64,000 nucleotides of DNA. Source: Oopsacas minuta. Taxonomy: Eukaryota; Animalia; Porifera. This document shows, in pieces, positions 12,101 through 26,379 of the stretch. Location: contig JAKMXF010000354.1 in NCBI GenBank assembly GCA_024704765.1, positions 233,690 through 297,689 of the forward strand. The letters run 5' to 3'. The number at the start of each line of letters is the position of its first letter. Position 1 is the first letter of the stretch. The notes beneath the pieces were generated by a model. It ran no database searches. It was given only the letters and a program-made list of their open reading frames with translations, and had not been told where the DNA came from. The position numbers and the translations under genes were made by a program.

Positions 12101-15100
12101 GAGGTTATCTTTGCAGAGGTTTGATGTATGAAGGTTAATATACTGTAATACATCTAATGGGGTAACATATTTACATTTTGAACCATCTTCACTGCAAGCC
12201 TTGAAAGATTTAGCTAATGTATAAGGAGCTAGTGTCAGATGATATTTCAATTCAATGAGACATTTATTAAGCGTCACCATAGATTTACGTTTAGTTATAT
12301 CTGGTTCAACTTTCTTGAAAACTCCAGCATTAGGTCCGTGAACTGGGTACCAAGTACAATTAATGTTTCTATCGATATCGTCTGCTAATAGAACCTCTGA
12401 ATTAGATTTATATAGCATTGTTAATACTGATTTTCCAAGAGCCTGTAAGTATTCCATACTGTTAGATCCAGGTTCTGTATGTTCGATTATAGGAAATAGC
12501 GAATAATACCAATCAAAATACTCAACATCAGATAAGTCACAACATCTATTAACACCACCAGGTCCAAGATCATACAAGAGCTTAAAATACAAAGGAGCTA
12601 GCACGAGGTTCATGATTTCACAATGCCAAACATAATCCCATGATTTGGATCCACTGATCTCATCTTGATAGCTCACGTACTTTCTATATGGGTCTAGAAT
12701 GAATGGAGCATTTATATGTACGGGAAAGTTGAGAGAAGCACCAAAAGGAAGATGACAATAAAGATATCTCTTCTGGGGTGGAAAATGCCTATCTTTTGAA
12801 ATTAGCTCTACTGCAACGCTGGAGAAGAGGCGAAGTTTTTCTAATTCATACTTAGATTTATGTTTCTTTAACAGTTCTGATCTACCACAAAACATATTTA
12901 GATTTCCTTCGAAATGGTAAATTAACCATTCAATTTTATTTAAGACCTTCATTGTACCAGTTCTCATATTTGTGGGTACTTCTACTGTAATTCTATTTCG
13001 AAGTATTCGCATAGTTCTACTGTAGCCAGCGATTGGTTTCTCAACCTCAACTCTTCTACTTGTTAGAAGTTGTGAGAATATTTCTACATTACGAAGTACG
13101 ATAGGTTTACATGATGGAATACAACTTACTTCAAATATTTGAATCTGTTTAACATTACTAATGAAGGGTAGAAGCCTAGGAGCTTCGTTCTTCAGTTGTT
13201 CAAGTAATTTTCTCATTATTCTAACGTTTTCTTTAGTATCAAGATTCTTGTTAATAGTTGTATTAAGGGGAAATCGAAATATTGAAAATGATTTCCTTTT
13301 CCAAAGATTCTTCATGACACTTGGATACTTGTTAAGAATAGGATTTACGAAATAAGGTTCAAATTGGTGAGTAAAACAGGAAAGAGGCCTTTGTTTATTG
13401 AAAGTAACCTTTGTTCCAGGCCTCTTACCCTTTGGGATGTTGAGATGCTCTTTGTAAGGATCAAATACACAGAAAACATACTCTTCTCCATCATCAGAGC
13501 ACGTGAGAAGACATGGACAGCGTGTCAAATGGAAAACCGAATTAAAGCCAAGACCGAATCGCCCGATTGTGGTTTTGTTTTCCTTCCCTCCTATCCCAAC
13601 AGCCTGAATCCCTATCAAGTCATCAGGTGAGAAGGACTGATTGTTGTAAACAAGAAGCGAGGGTGTCTTTTGAAGTTCTTTCCACTTAGGTTTGTAGCCT
13701 GATGGACACAATGAAGTGTCTCCATATTCTTGGGTATCAAGTATAAATACAATTTTTGTAGCCTTGGCATCATCTGCATTTTGTATGAGCTCTTTGAAAA
13801 TGGTTACATCGAGAGGAAATTCTCGAAGAAGATTATCAATACGCTTTGACATATCCTCGTGCTGACCGAAGTCTTCCCATTCTTGTTCATATAATGTATC
13901 CATTTTACTCTTTGCGCCTAATTTGTGTGATACTTTGGTTGTTATTCTATGATTCACGAGTGATTCCCTCTCTTCTTCAGTAAACTCCACCCAGGGCACA
14001 TCGTTGATGTATAAACTTGAAGATAATTTGAGATTGTTATTCTCGGTAAGCAAGAATATGCCTTCAAAATTTCCATCATCTTTAACCTCGATAGCCTCGT
14101 TAATCAGCTTAATGACTAACTCACGTTCGTTTGGACCATTTCCTGAAAGGGTTGGTGAAGGCAGAGATTGATTACCGAAATGTTCCTTGATTAACGAGAT
14201 TATGTTAATAGCCATATTAGATGTAACTTTTGTAGGGAGTTTCATAAAAGTAAAGAATTTTTTGATTACTGATTCTTGATCTATCATTTCTGGGAGAATA
14301 AAAGAAACAAGAAAGGAGCTCTGATAACTAAGATAATCTGTTGAGGAAATCACTTTACTAATGGGATAGAACTTCTTTAGTGAACGAACCCAAAGCCATT
14401 TCCTTCCTTCAAGATTCTGTTGAATAATTAGTCTATTATTCTCTAAGTATTCATCCAATATATAACATTTCTTGGCTAGATAATTGTAAATAGCTCTACA
14501 TCGCTTTGTTACTTCCACCAGTTTATTAGAGAGGAGAGATTCATTCACCTCTAATATGAAGAGAGTTTCCATGACAGATTCTAGAGGAATGTCTTTGTCA
14601 GAGATGCCTAGGAGAGTGAGTGCGTGACACTGAGAATTCACCTCTTTCGTGATGATATGATAATCAACCGATAAGTGTTGTAGATCATTACCGCGACATT
14701 TGGCAGGTGAAGAGAACTTACATGCAATTTCAGGACATATAAAATTGAAAATAGAATCTTGGCATACAGGTATGAATCGAATATCAAAAAGCAAGTGTTG
14801 AATTTCTTCCCTTTGTGGTTGATCAATTCTGAGAGTATTCAAATAATCAAGTAAGCACTCTGAATGTGTGAGGCCCAGTTCTTCATTGTATTGAGAAAGT
14901 TCTAATGTTATGCCACACCTGTCTACTAACAAACCTAATGGAAGCCTATCAGTAATCACACCGAGGAGGTTAAGGGTATGAAAGGTCTCAGGAGATTCTT
15001 TTTCATCAAAGAGAGCATTAAATGAGCTGTGAGGTAGACGTTTGTCACGAGGATAGAATATCTGTTTGAATCGAGAGTTAGGACTCAATACCTGAGGGAT

Positions 15101-18100
15101 AGGTAGGAAAACAGGAGCTTCTTCTCCACAAGGAATACATTTCAAACTGGTTAATAAATCTTTTAGACAGGGTTCATACTTAAATGTGAGCAACAAGACA
15201 GAAATAATCCTGTAAATTACGTCGATTATAGCAATGGACTTTATGATATCAATTTCAAATTTCTCGAAAACTCCAACAATAATTTCTTTATAAAAACGCG
15301 CAACTGTAAATTCATTAGTTTTCCTTTCAATCAACTTTTTGAATATTTTGTGTTCATAAAATTTAGGGAACATGTCCATGAAGAATATTCCACACCGAGC
15401 AGAATACGGAAAGATTATTTCGTTAATGAGCCAAGAGTCTAGTGAATATTTAGTTGGTGGAAGGAAAAAAGATACATCCTTGAAAGTAATCCAACGATTA
15501 GGATGTAAGCTGCAATAGAAGATCTGAGCATTTATAGAAATAATACGGTCAGCAATGTAGGAAGAGAAATTACTCCATAGGACATCACCTGTATTTGAAT
15601 TAGGCCAAAATGAGTAATACCTTTCAATCTGAGTTATAGTGAGACTATTATGAACGAATTCTTCTCTTAGAGAGATGAGCATGTTTACAACAGCAATAGG
15701 AAGTGGATCACAGATGAGGGCATGATTCCAACGTGTGCGTATGGTATTATCCGCAGTGGAATAGAGTGCACAACGAGAAGGTTGCAACTGGAAACAGCCG
15801 TTAATATGCATTGGGTAAGGTGATGTACATGGTATGGGTAGGAAAGAAAAGAGAGAGTATTTAACTTTTGAAAATTCTTTTAAAGAAAGAGTTATTAAGC
15901 TCTTAACCACCGCAACAGCACAAACTGGGAGAGATGAGAATTCAACATCTTCTTTAAGCTCTGGAATCAACTTAAAAGATGGAGTTGTACCAGAAGCATA
16001 CGATATGATAATTTCCTCTGGATCTGTCTCTTTGCTTGGAGGATAAATAGTAGTGAGTGTAAAACTGGTAACATCCGTGACAGCCTCTTGTGTATTTTTG
16101 CTTAATAGTTCCTGAAAATGAGATTGGTTATCTGATAAGAATCTATTAGGCAGAGACTTCTTAACTCTGCATACAAGAGAGATATCCTCATCTCTATCAT
16201 TTCTAGTGTATATCTCAATACATTGTATATTTTGAAGAAAAAATATTAAATCCTTAGCGATTTCCAAAAGTTGTGTTTGAAGATTGATTATAGATTCTGT
16301 TGAATCAAATCTCCTTGAAGAGATCTTGCTTGAAACCTTACAAGTTCGTAGAGGTAATCTAAACAAAGTATGATTATATTCCTTCTTTTTAAATAGATCA
16401 CAACCAAAAATACCGTTATAGACAGAAAACTGATCTTCATAATATTGTATTTCTTCATTCTCATTAACAAAATCAATTTGCATTCCGGGACTGCCATGGT
16501 CGATCAGTTGTTTCAGATATAACACATGAGGATCAAAGAAAATGATATTGCGACGACTCACAAAACTGGGAAGATCAGTCAAATGGTATACAGTATTGAA
16601 CCCTATACCAAAAGCTCCTATAGTGGATTGATCAGCCATCTTAGTACGGGAAGCAAGTTTAGTAATATTTTCAAAATCAGCATCAGAAAAAGTAGCATCG
16701 TTATAACAATAGACAGCAGGACCTTGCCAATGTTTCATCTCTTCGTGAAGTATGCTCGTTATCCCATGCGTTGAGTGATCAAATAGAAACTTAACTTCAC
16801 TAGCTTTAGCATCATCAGCATTCTGTGTCAACTCTTTAAACACATCTACGTCGCATTCATAGTCTCGGATAATATTATTAAGTCTTGTTGTAAGGGGTTC
16901 TGATTGTCCATGAAGTGAATAATGGAATAGTACTGGCTTTCTGCCAGAGAGTTTAATGCTACTCAACGGATTAACTCCTAAACGAAATGCAGTTTCGTTA
17001 CTGACATCTTTGTGAATGAAATAATATGTTTTATTCTTGTAATTGAAGACTCCCTTTGAGTACTCCCTTTTATCCCAACTGAGATCATGAAATATACAAT
17101 CTTCTACATAATGTACTCGATTGTCCTGACACAGAATGAAATTCTTTTCTCCAGTACAAGTTATGTTGTCACATATTTCTTTAGTGAATCTGAGTACTAT
17201 TATCTGTTCATCTGAGTCAAGAGGTGTATCTTGTGAAATAGTGTATAATTTTCTCAATGTATATTGACACTGATCAACTGATAATGATTTTTGAACTCCT
17301 ATACGATTGAAAAATTCTCGAGTATTCCTGTTGTTGATATCATAATAGATATTTATTGAATGAATATAGGGAGAAAAATCTTCCTTTGAAGATACGAGTA
17401 GTATAGAAGTATCACAAAATCCAACAAATGGAATTAAAACCATATTACTTGGAAGCTGGCTAATCTTGCTGCTATTTTCATCAAAATTTTCGCCTAAAGT
17501 CTCATATATTTTTTTAACTTTAGCATACAAGTCAATATTCACAGCTAAAGTATTGTAATTATGAATACAGATTTTTAGTTCATCAATTGCAATGGGTGCT
17601 AATGGTCCAGAGAATTTGAAATCTGAGATTCTCGTCTTAGAAGTGAAATTATAGTACTGTTGAAACTGTTCAGGAAAAACTGGGAGTTGGAATTCTACAA
17701 GTTCCCTGAATTGGCAAGGGATAAGCTGGCATGGAGACTTGAAATGTATTTGATTCAATATGGAATTGTGAGTTAATGTAGGAATATTTACCGGAATGAA
17801 AGTTAAAGTACTCAACACAGAGAACATTTCATCTGACTCAGAGGTTGTGAATATTTTTTGATCCAGGTATTCGATAAATCTATGAGCGAGTCGTTCGTTT
17901 TTGTTATTGCTTATATAATTTGCTCTAGACTTAAGCTCTTCAACTCTCAATTTAACAGATATGATGTTACAATAAGTTCTGAGATTATGAAGTGTCTGAG
18001 AATCTATTTGGAATAGAGTTTCACAACAGAGTTTAGTAGGAGATCTATTCTCCTTAGCGTCATATAAATTCGCTACCAACGTAGCATTTGGATCGACTAC

Positions 18101-21100
18101 ATCACGGGTATATTGCAATTCCCCGAATTCTCCACAAGGTATACATTTGAATGATCTTATCAAATCTATGAACCATTGATAAGAACAACAAACTGGTATA
18201 AGAACATTGAGAACTTCAATTATCCTAATAATTTCGAACTTGCCCAAATTTTCAAAGAAGATAATGGAAAAGTTCCTCAGATCAATCACGTTACTTCTGC
18301 TTTCACCAAATATATAGAATAACATACCACTTTTCTCAAAACATATTTCTGGAATTACCGCAACCTGAAATCCGCACTCGATTAAAATGTGTAACAAAGA
18401 ATCTGAGAATGATTGAGGATAGTATCCTCGTAAATCAGACTGGATTGATGGAAGGTTTAAGAAAAAGGTCGTTTGAAAGCTACACCATTCTGTTCCTTTG
18501 TTAGATTTTACGATAAAGAAGTTAAATTGACTATTAATTATCTCATGAGTTATACCCTGAGTAAACCATTTCCAGAGACTGTTACTTGTCAGATCCTTTG
18601 AGAACATATTCAACAATAGACAAGTGTATGTATGATGCATTTCCATAGTATTAATTGACTGCATTTTAATTGCTAGATATTTGTAAAGAGTGAACACAGC
18701 TCGTACTAGTGCATCAGATACAATAGCTTCGTTCCATTTTGTTTTTGCCTCTGCTGTGTCTACTAATCCCTGTCTATCCTGTCTCAACTCAAACATTGCA
18801 TGGCAGTGAAAAGGGAGAGCTATCTGAATAGGGAGTGGAAGGAAGCAATAGAGATTTGAATTAGAGCCAGCTGTTCTATCTTGATCAAAAAGATCTAAGT
18901 TTAACGCTACTCCAGCAAAAGGCAGGAGGGATCTAGTATGTGATAACTTGTTTAGGAGGTTAGCACATTGTTCGCTTCCTGTGGCATAAGTAACAATCCA
19001 ATTGGCATCCGATTTATCAGTTATACTCAATTGATACTCACAAGAAGATGATACTGGTGTAGAATTACAACCATTTATCATATGGATCATATGTTCACGA
19101 TTGGCCTGAAGGAAAGGTTGATTCAGTGGGATATTCGCACTTCGCTTTACACAATGTATACTCTTCATATCTTCAGATCTACTGTCTGAATTGATCACGT
19201 AGATGCCCAGAGAATTTATGTGCTGCATGAAAAATAGAACAGATTCTGCCTCTTTTATGAAATTATCTTGAATTTGATTGATATCTTGTTCATTGAATGT
19301 TTTTAGAGAAATCTTTGATGTGATATTACTAAGCCTTATAGGGAGACGGAATAATGTTCCATTAAAAGGTGAAGGCTTCAGGATATCACACCCGAAAATG
19401 TTTTGATAAGGTGCGAATTGATCTTGATAGATTTGTATATATTTCACTAACCTTTCTTGACAGAAATCTATCTTTACTCCTTTCTTTAGGTAATCTCCGT
19501 GTGGATCTAGAATATGAATATAGTTTCTTGATACAAAGCTAGGTAAGTCAGTGAGATGATAGACCGTACAGAATCCGAGACCAAACTGGCCTATAGAAGT
19601 TACATCATGTGCCTTGGTTGCTGCCTCAATCTTCATGATATTGTCAAAATCTGCATCGAGAAAAGTAGAATTGTTGTAAAAGAGAATGGCAGGACCTTGC
19701 CACACCTCCATCTGTGGGGAAAGTAAGGACATATTAGGATGAATCCTCCAATCGAATACTACATTCATTTCTGTTGCCTTAGCATCATCAGCGTTCTGCA
19801 ACATTTCTTTCAATACATTAATCGTTCCATGATACCCTTCTAATATTCCACGTATTCGGTCAGTAACAGCTATTTTTTGTCCAGTTTCTTCAAACCACAT
19901 TTCACTGGGATCGGTTATCCTCTCATTGAAATGAGACACGCCGAGTCTACGAGCTATATCATTTGATATCTTCTCGTGAACGAAGATAAAATCTTGCTCA
20001 ATCATTGAGCGATTTAACCAAATTTGGTCACAGAAAACTAATTTCTCTTCCTTAGGACTATACATTCTCATGTCTTTACCTGGTATATATACTTCTGCCT
20101 GAGAATTGAGATTAACTATCAGATTGAGAATGTTGATAACTAGCTCAAGTTGTGTTGATGTGAGTGCCGTACAAGTTGAGTTAATTTCAGTTAATATAGA
20201 TGAGAGTTGTGCAGAACTGGGAGACTTTTGTATTGCAAGAAAATCAAAAAACTTGACTGCCCTGTATTTGAGATCTTGTAGCGAATAAATGAAAGGCTTC
20301 ATATCAAAAGGAACTTCGATTACAATTCTATTTTGTGAAACAAATGCAACTTCATCTGGAAGATATATCATGTTCAATGGTATACTTTGAATTTCTGCAA
20401 CCCTCCTGTCCAAAAATAAGTAAATATTCGAGACAATTTGATGGATAAGTTCTGAATCATTCTTCGAAATTCTAGACTTCGTTAGCATGGCAAGATGCTC
20501 TACAACCATCTGAGTCGTAATGTCAGTTAGAAATCCAATTTCACGGATAATTTCCTCGCTCACATCATCTTTCATCATTTGAGAGAGAATTAATGTATTT
20601 TGTACAGAACCTACTAAGTATACATCTTGAGAATTACAAATTAATATTTGTAGAGGAGAACACAATTGAGTGCTGGTAGAGAAATCAACATTTTCTGGCC
20701 AATCACCAGGAATAGACTCAGATATTACAAAATTACTTTGGAAGATTTTAAATAGGGTCTTCCAAGATTCATAATCAAATGTGCTACGATAGACGGACAA
20801 AAATTCAACTAAAGCGCCAAATGTGTCTATCCAATCATTACCTGATTTCGAAACAATGGTTTCAAGACTGTATCTGCAAACTTGTAAACATAACTTCAAA
20901 GAGAGATTTTTATAACATTTCAAACCCAGAGACTTTCTCATAACATCAAAATAATCTTCTAAAATGTTGTGTGGAAATAAACCGCTTGTTTGTGGAGGTA
21001 AAAGCCGATTTAAGATGTGGTCTCTAGGATCAAATAGCTGTGAGGGTGCATATAGTTTAACTCGTCCTTCAATTTCTGTGTTGGCAGAAGAATCTAGTAT

Positions 21101-24100
21101 CCATTCCTTACTCTTGAGATAATCCAGATCAAACAGTTTCAGATTGTCCATTACAAAAACTATTAACTGATTTCTAATTCTAGGATCCTTGTGAGTTTGA
21201 ATAAATGGCATTAAATGATATTTGATAAATGCATCATTAGAGAGTGATTTTGAATTCAGCTTCTTGTAGAGTTGTTTTACAGATGAATTGAATGGAGAAA
21301 TGAAATGAGGAGGGTATGCAATATCAAGAGGGATTTTCAACGGAGGTAGAATGATAATCGAGGAAAGTTTTAACCAATCACCAATTGTATTAGGGAATAA
21401 TGGAAGCTGAGAAATTATTTTGGAGTTTTGTGCATTTGTAATAGGAATTAACAATTCTATCAAGTCAAACTTTAAATTCTCATCAACAGTAGATTCTAGA
21501 GCTAGAATGAACGAATTCAGAACGGCTTTAGACTTCAATGCAATAAGGAGACCCTTAGGAATCGGTGGAAGTACAAACTCGCTAAAACGGACAATAAACT
21601 GTTGTCTGTAACATAAATAACAACCTGATGTCTCAAGTAACTTTTCAAGCTGAATCAAATGACTATCTTCACTGTGTTCAATGTAAGTAGTGCGAGATCT
21701 AAGTGGTAGTAAGGACACGATACCATCATTGATTGAATTCTGTGGTAAGATTGGTAAATGAGAAACAGCCTCTAGGAGAGATTTGGAATTATCAATAAAC
21801 TGGAATAGCTTGACAATCCAAGTTGAAGGCGGGTGTGCGGGGTCTGAGGGCATCCAATCGACAGAATCATTCGATTCAAATCTAAATTTGCCAGAAATTG
21901 ATTGAAATAATAGTTCGGCAAATAACTGAGGATCATTAACTAGTTTCGTGACATCAATCAAATTTAGAGGAGTGCATTTAATTGCTATTGAGAGTAAATT
22001 GGAATGAATCTTGGGAGGGATATAAGGATCGACGAATAAACTCTCTAATCCCGGGAATATATTCATGAGAGTAGAAGTATTAGAGCTAATGTATATTGGT
22101 TTGTGTGCGAATATCTGAGGCTCATCGATACTAGCAATTGGGAGGAGGGGAATACCTTCTAGTATCCTTTTTATTCGCTTGGAAGATTCAATTCCTGAAC
22201 ACATAGTGAGAATTCCTTCTAACAAAGGAATGGCTTTATCTCTAGAAGAGAGAAACTCTCTTAGCTCATTCGAACCGGAAAACCTTTTAAGCAACTCCCT
22301 AATAGCATTCTGATTTATAGTTCTATCACTAATTTGTGACTTTATTCCTGGGATGTTGAGGATAACTTCCTGAATAGATTCAGGAACGTCAATAATTGGT
22401 TCATTAAGTTTCTCCAGCAACTCAAGACATACCTTTTCATTGGTCAGATATTGCTTAGTTAAATTTGGTAAAAAGAATCCATCACATATTGATAGCCATC
22501 TCCCACCCAGTTGCTGAGTATATAGCAAGATATTATGCTTAGAGAGTATCTCTAGTCCCCCACAGAGAACAGAACTGAAGGGGGAATTGTCTGGCTCATG
22601 AGGACTCCAACGTGATAACAACTGATAATGATAAGCTAGAGGAGAAGAGTGTTTCAATGCTTTTATAGTAATAAATAAGAAAACAGCGTAGGCAATAGAC
22701 CCCAGATCTTCAGATAGCAGTAGATTCCACCTGGCTCCTATCTCACTCTCATTATCATCTGAAGGCCAGGGAATAGCACGACGATTAGAACTCAGAGAGA
22801 AGTAACCATGGAAATGAAATGGGAATTTGGAATGTAACTGCGTTGGAAGGAAACAGAAAATCTTACCCGTTGAAATATTTAACTCAATATCTTGATCAAC
22901 TATGAAAGGACATTTGAATACTTCGCTAATCACATCGAATACAGTTGAAGGATTTTCCTTATTCCACTTAAACTGCCACCTGCCACAATTTGTCAGATTG
23001 CTAACTCCTGTAGCAAGGGCTACTCCAACCCATGGAAGATAGTCTAGATGATGATGGTTGTAAAATTGTTGTAGTTTTTTCTTTGTAGCTCCAAAACCAA
23101 GGATATTCAATACCAACCATACAGTTTGCTTCTCTTCACCACCAGATTCACGGGACACAGTCGGGAATAAACACACAAAGATCTTAGTGCTTGATTTGAA
23201 CTCTTCAGAAGAAGCGAATTCTACAATTTCCCTTCTATAACTCTTCACATTATCAAGATAAGCAATAGGAATTTCAGCTTTAAAGAGAGCATGATCTACT
23301 CCACATATTCTATCACATACTTCAATAGAAGTAACGTTCTTCAGGAATAACAGTGCATGCTCTGCTTCACTCATAAGTGGGTTAATTAATTTATTTCTTA
23401 CACTTATTACGTCATAGCAATTCTCACTAATTTCAGATTTTACCTTTCTAAATGGAAACCTAAATATAGTTCCTGGGTAGTCTGCCTGTCCTTCAAATCC
23501 AAAGTAACCTTTGTAACATGAGAGGTGTCCATAAAGTTGTGGATTAGTGCTCAGAGACAGGAGTGGCCAGGATATTCCAGTCTGTCCTTGAGTTGTTAGT
23601 TCCATTAGTGGGTGGTTGATACCGAATTGTTTGTCACTCAGTATCGTAGGACAGTCTATAATATAATATATTTGTTAAATTATAGCAGTATATGGTTAGA
23701 TATATATATATATATATATATATATAATAATCAGGGAAAATATGACAGGTACGCGAACTCCGTACCTCACCAATTTCAAACAGGTACCTCAAATCTTGAC
23801 CCTAGAATGGTGAATAAGTCGGTATCGATGTGAACAGCTATACTTTCGAATAGATGCGATAATTACTATAGAGGTCGCAACCTCTATAAAACTTATTGCA
23901 TAGACAGTGCATTCAAATTGTGATCATGTATGTACTCGCATTCATGTACGTATGTCCAAAGTAAAGAGCAATTCCAATTCTAATAATAATAACCACGGAC
24001 ACCTATATACCCAGACGGGAAACTCTCGATCGCGAAGAAAGTTAAAAGGCCTAACTCAAACGATAATAAGTCCAGTTCTACTTTGAATACCGTATTACCT

Positions 24101-25669
24101 CGAATAATAGCCGGAGCGATAATTAATTTCAAACCCCCCCGAGAGGGAACTTGTGATTTTGTAACCACGATCATTTCTATATATTCATACCCACACGCTT
24201 ACATTACGTGTCTTTTTCCTAACAAATAGTAGATAAATCAAAATATAGGGAAAATGAAAATCACAGTAAGCAGGTTAGAGGCCATTAAGGTCATTTCCGG
24301 TCAAAAAATTATTTTTTTCACACGGTACGACAACTTTGCATAGAATTATTTTAGTGAATGTTGTACAGGCAAAATACAAGCAAAGAATAACCAACCAGTT
24401 AAGTGATAGACAGACACAAATCCAAGTCCAAATCTGCCTACTTTGAGCGCAGTTTTCTCTTTTACACTCTTACCGATTTTCTGGATTCCATCCCAGTCTT
24501 TTGCCCTAAATATAGCGTTATTCCAGGAATATAGCGCAGGTCCCTGATATTTGGATAAACCGGGAATAGCCAGATTGTCTTCAGAATGTTGCGTGGAATC
24601 TAGAAGAAATGTAACCCTACTAGCCTCAGCATCATCAGCGTTCTGAACTAATTCCTAAAGTAAATAAAAAGAGGAATGATATCAGGAAGGAATTTGTGAC
24701 ATATTCGATTGCATTTCTCAATTATGTATACACATCTATTCGCCGTATCTTACGTTTTGCGATCTTGAAAATTAGAATCGTTTATTTTTCCATTCGAAAT
24801 ATCAAAAAGACTAAATCATGGCCAACTAAAATTCAGAGTTGTGGATTTGATTGATATTTCATTCAAATCCAAATCAAATCAAATCAAATCAAATCAAAAT
24901 AATATAGAGAGAATTAATTGAGATGCGTACTTAGTTAGATATGATTGAATAATATTGATTAATACGTGTATAACGTGTAATATTTATTAACGTAATACGT
25001 TTTAATTAAAAGGCGTATTAAACAACTTAGATATAATAGTATACTATCGTATTGTATTGTATTGTATAGCTAATTATTCACGTTAATACGAACAGCACCA
25101 ACACATTTAAAAGGATTTGGCTGAAACATTTATGAAATCAAATCCACAACTCTGACTAAAATACGGCTATACATGCTGCCGAATCAGAGCAAAAACTAAG
25201 AGTTATATACATTTCATAAAAGAAAAATTCCCGTATTTTAGTAGGACATGACTCAATCGTAAAAAGAAGTAACAAAATTATGCCTGGTTAGCTAGAATGA
25301 TTGGTGTTAATTAACTCACTTTGAGTATATTACTTCCATCAGGATATTCCCTCAGTATATCCGTTATTTCTTCTAACAAGGTTCTCTGTTTCGGACCAAA
25401 GCTCAAATCTAAGAGGAACAAATTTAATTTAATTAATCGTCCAGCGGGAGGAATGGGGGCCCCCTTTACCCCTTTATATAGTATATATAATAATTATTCG
25501 CTATTTATCCGCTACCCAAGAGTATAAATATTAAAAGGTTTAGGACAAGAAGCTGGAACTCACTCATTTCAGATTGAGCTGAGGAATCTTCTAAACCTAA
25601 AATGAATAATCTTAATCATTTTTGGACATTAGTAGATCCATAATATAAAAATAACCTACCAGTTTGCAT
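9116..25669 (-). CDS. Sacsin-like protein (~4970 aa) with four HSP90-like sacsin repeat regions; exons 25660-25669 (tentative), 25320-25408, 24396-24654, 9116-23655
   Basis: 4829-aa ORF plus upstream exons read by hand: DLSFGPKQRTLLEEITDILREYPDGSNILK | ELVQNADDA...GRFGLGFVSVYHLT | DCPTILSDKQFGINHPLM, all GT-AG and in phase. Three more QNADDA/GxFGxGF motifs at ~19.8, ~16.8 and ~13.8 kb. First exon MQT is the least certain. Confidence 0.9.
23700..23726. repeat. (AT)n microsatellite in sacsin intron
   Basis: About 13 AT units. Confidence 0.9.
24833..25155. mobile_element. hAT-like MITE (323 bp) in sacsin intron
   Basis: Perfect 20-bp TIR TCAGAGTTGTGGATTTGATT (24833-24852 / 25136-25155); flanking direct repeat CTAAAAT (24826-24832, 25156-25162); internal (AAATC)n and (TTGTA)n. 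Confidence 0.85.
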
Positions 25670-26379
25670 TTGAGATGACATAGGGAATCGGGAAATTTTA
25701 ATATATCGTGATTGTATCACTCACAAAAAGCATTAAATGCACCTACTAATGATAATTCTAAATCTACTAGCATTTATGTACTAACTACCACTATATTCAA
25801 TATCATTTCATATATCAAATATCACTGTAACCGACCATACAACATCACTATACACTTATGTAAAGGTTATACCCGTGATTTGCATATATGCGATTTACTC
25901 GATGTCACGAACATGAGCGCATTTATGGATCTTTTATACCAGGATACAGTGGGGATTGCCTATCAGCGAGTGGTACTTTGCAAGAATTTACTGCTAATAC
26001 GCGAACTTTGCTATTAGAGGAACATTTCTAATCAAAAATATATAACACTGAATATATAGTTAATAAAGAATATTGCAGTCAGAGCAATTGCCATAAGTGA
26101 ACACCAATGTTATAGTCAACATTCGGGTTAAATATAGTCTTAGATTAGGAAGACTCAAACTTCTAACTTCTAACTTACTCCTAGCACTACGCTCGCTCGT
26201 TGGGAGTATGCTATTGACACAAACATTCGCTGATAGCGAAATTTGTATAAAAATTTCCAGATCTACGGTAATACGCAATACGTTATCATAAATTTGTATG
26301 CATCTTGACATAAACAAATATACAGAGGGCATCTATGTATAAATAATGATAAAATTCTTACAAATTGTTAAAATATTCG

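Noticed and set aside
11235-21611. Numerous 60-100 aa ORFs antisense to or overlapping the sacsin-like ORF (and similar ones inside DHX37, NELFB, PsuG, BRD7, MGAT4 and the RdRP gene)
   Set aside because: Expected shadows of long coding frames; no motifs.
24088-24113. TACCGTATTACCTCGAATAATAGCCG, resembling a DNA-transposon terminus in a sacsin intron
   Set aside because: No matching opposite end found.
25540-26332. Protein-like fragments on both strands (e.g. RFTRCHEHERIYGSFIPGYSG; ORFs 25712, 26060, 26097)
   Set aside because: Multiple stops and no recognisable family; a faint hAT dimerisation-like PTSERS..SKL was not convincing.
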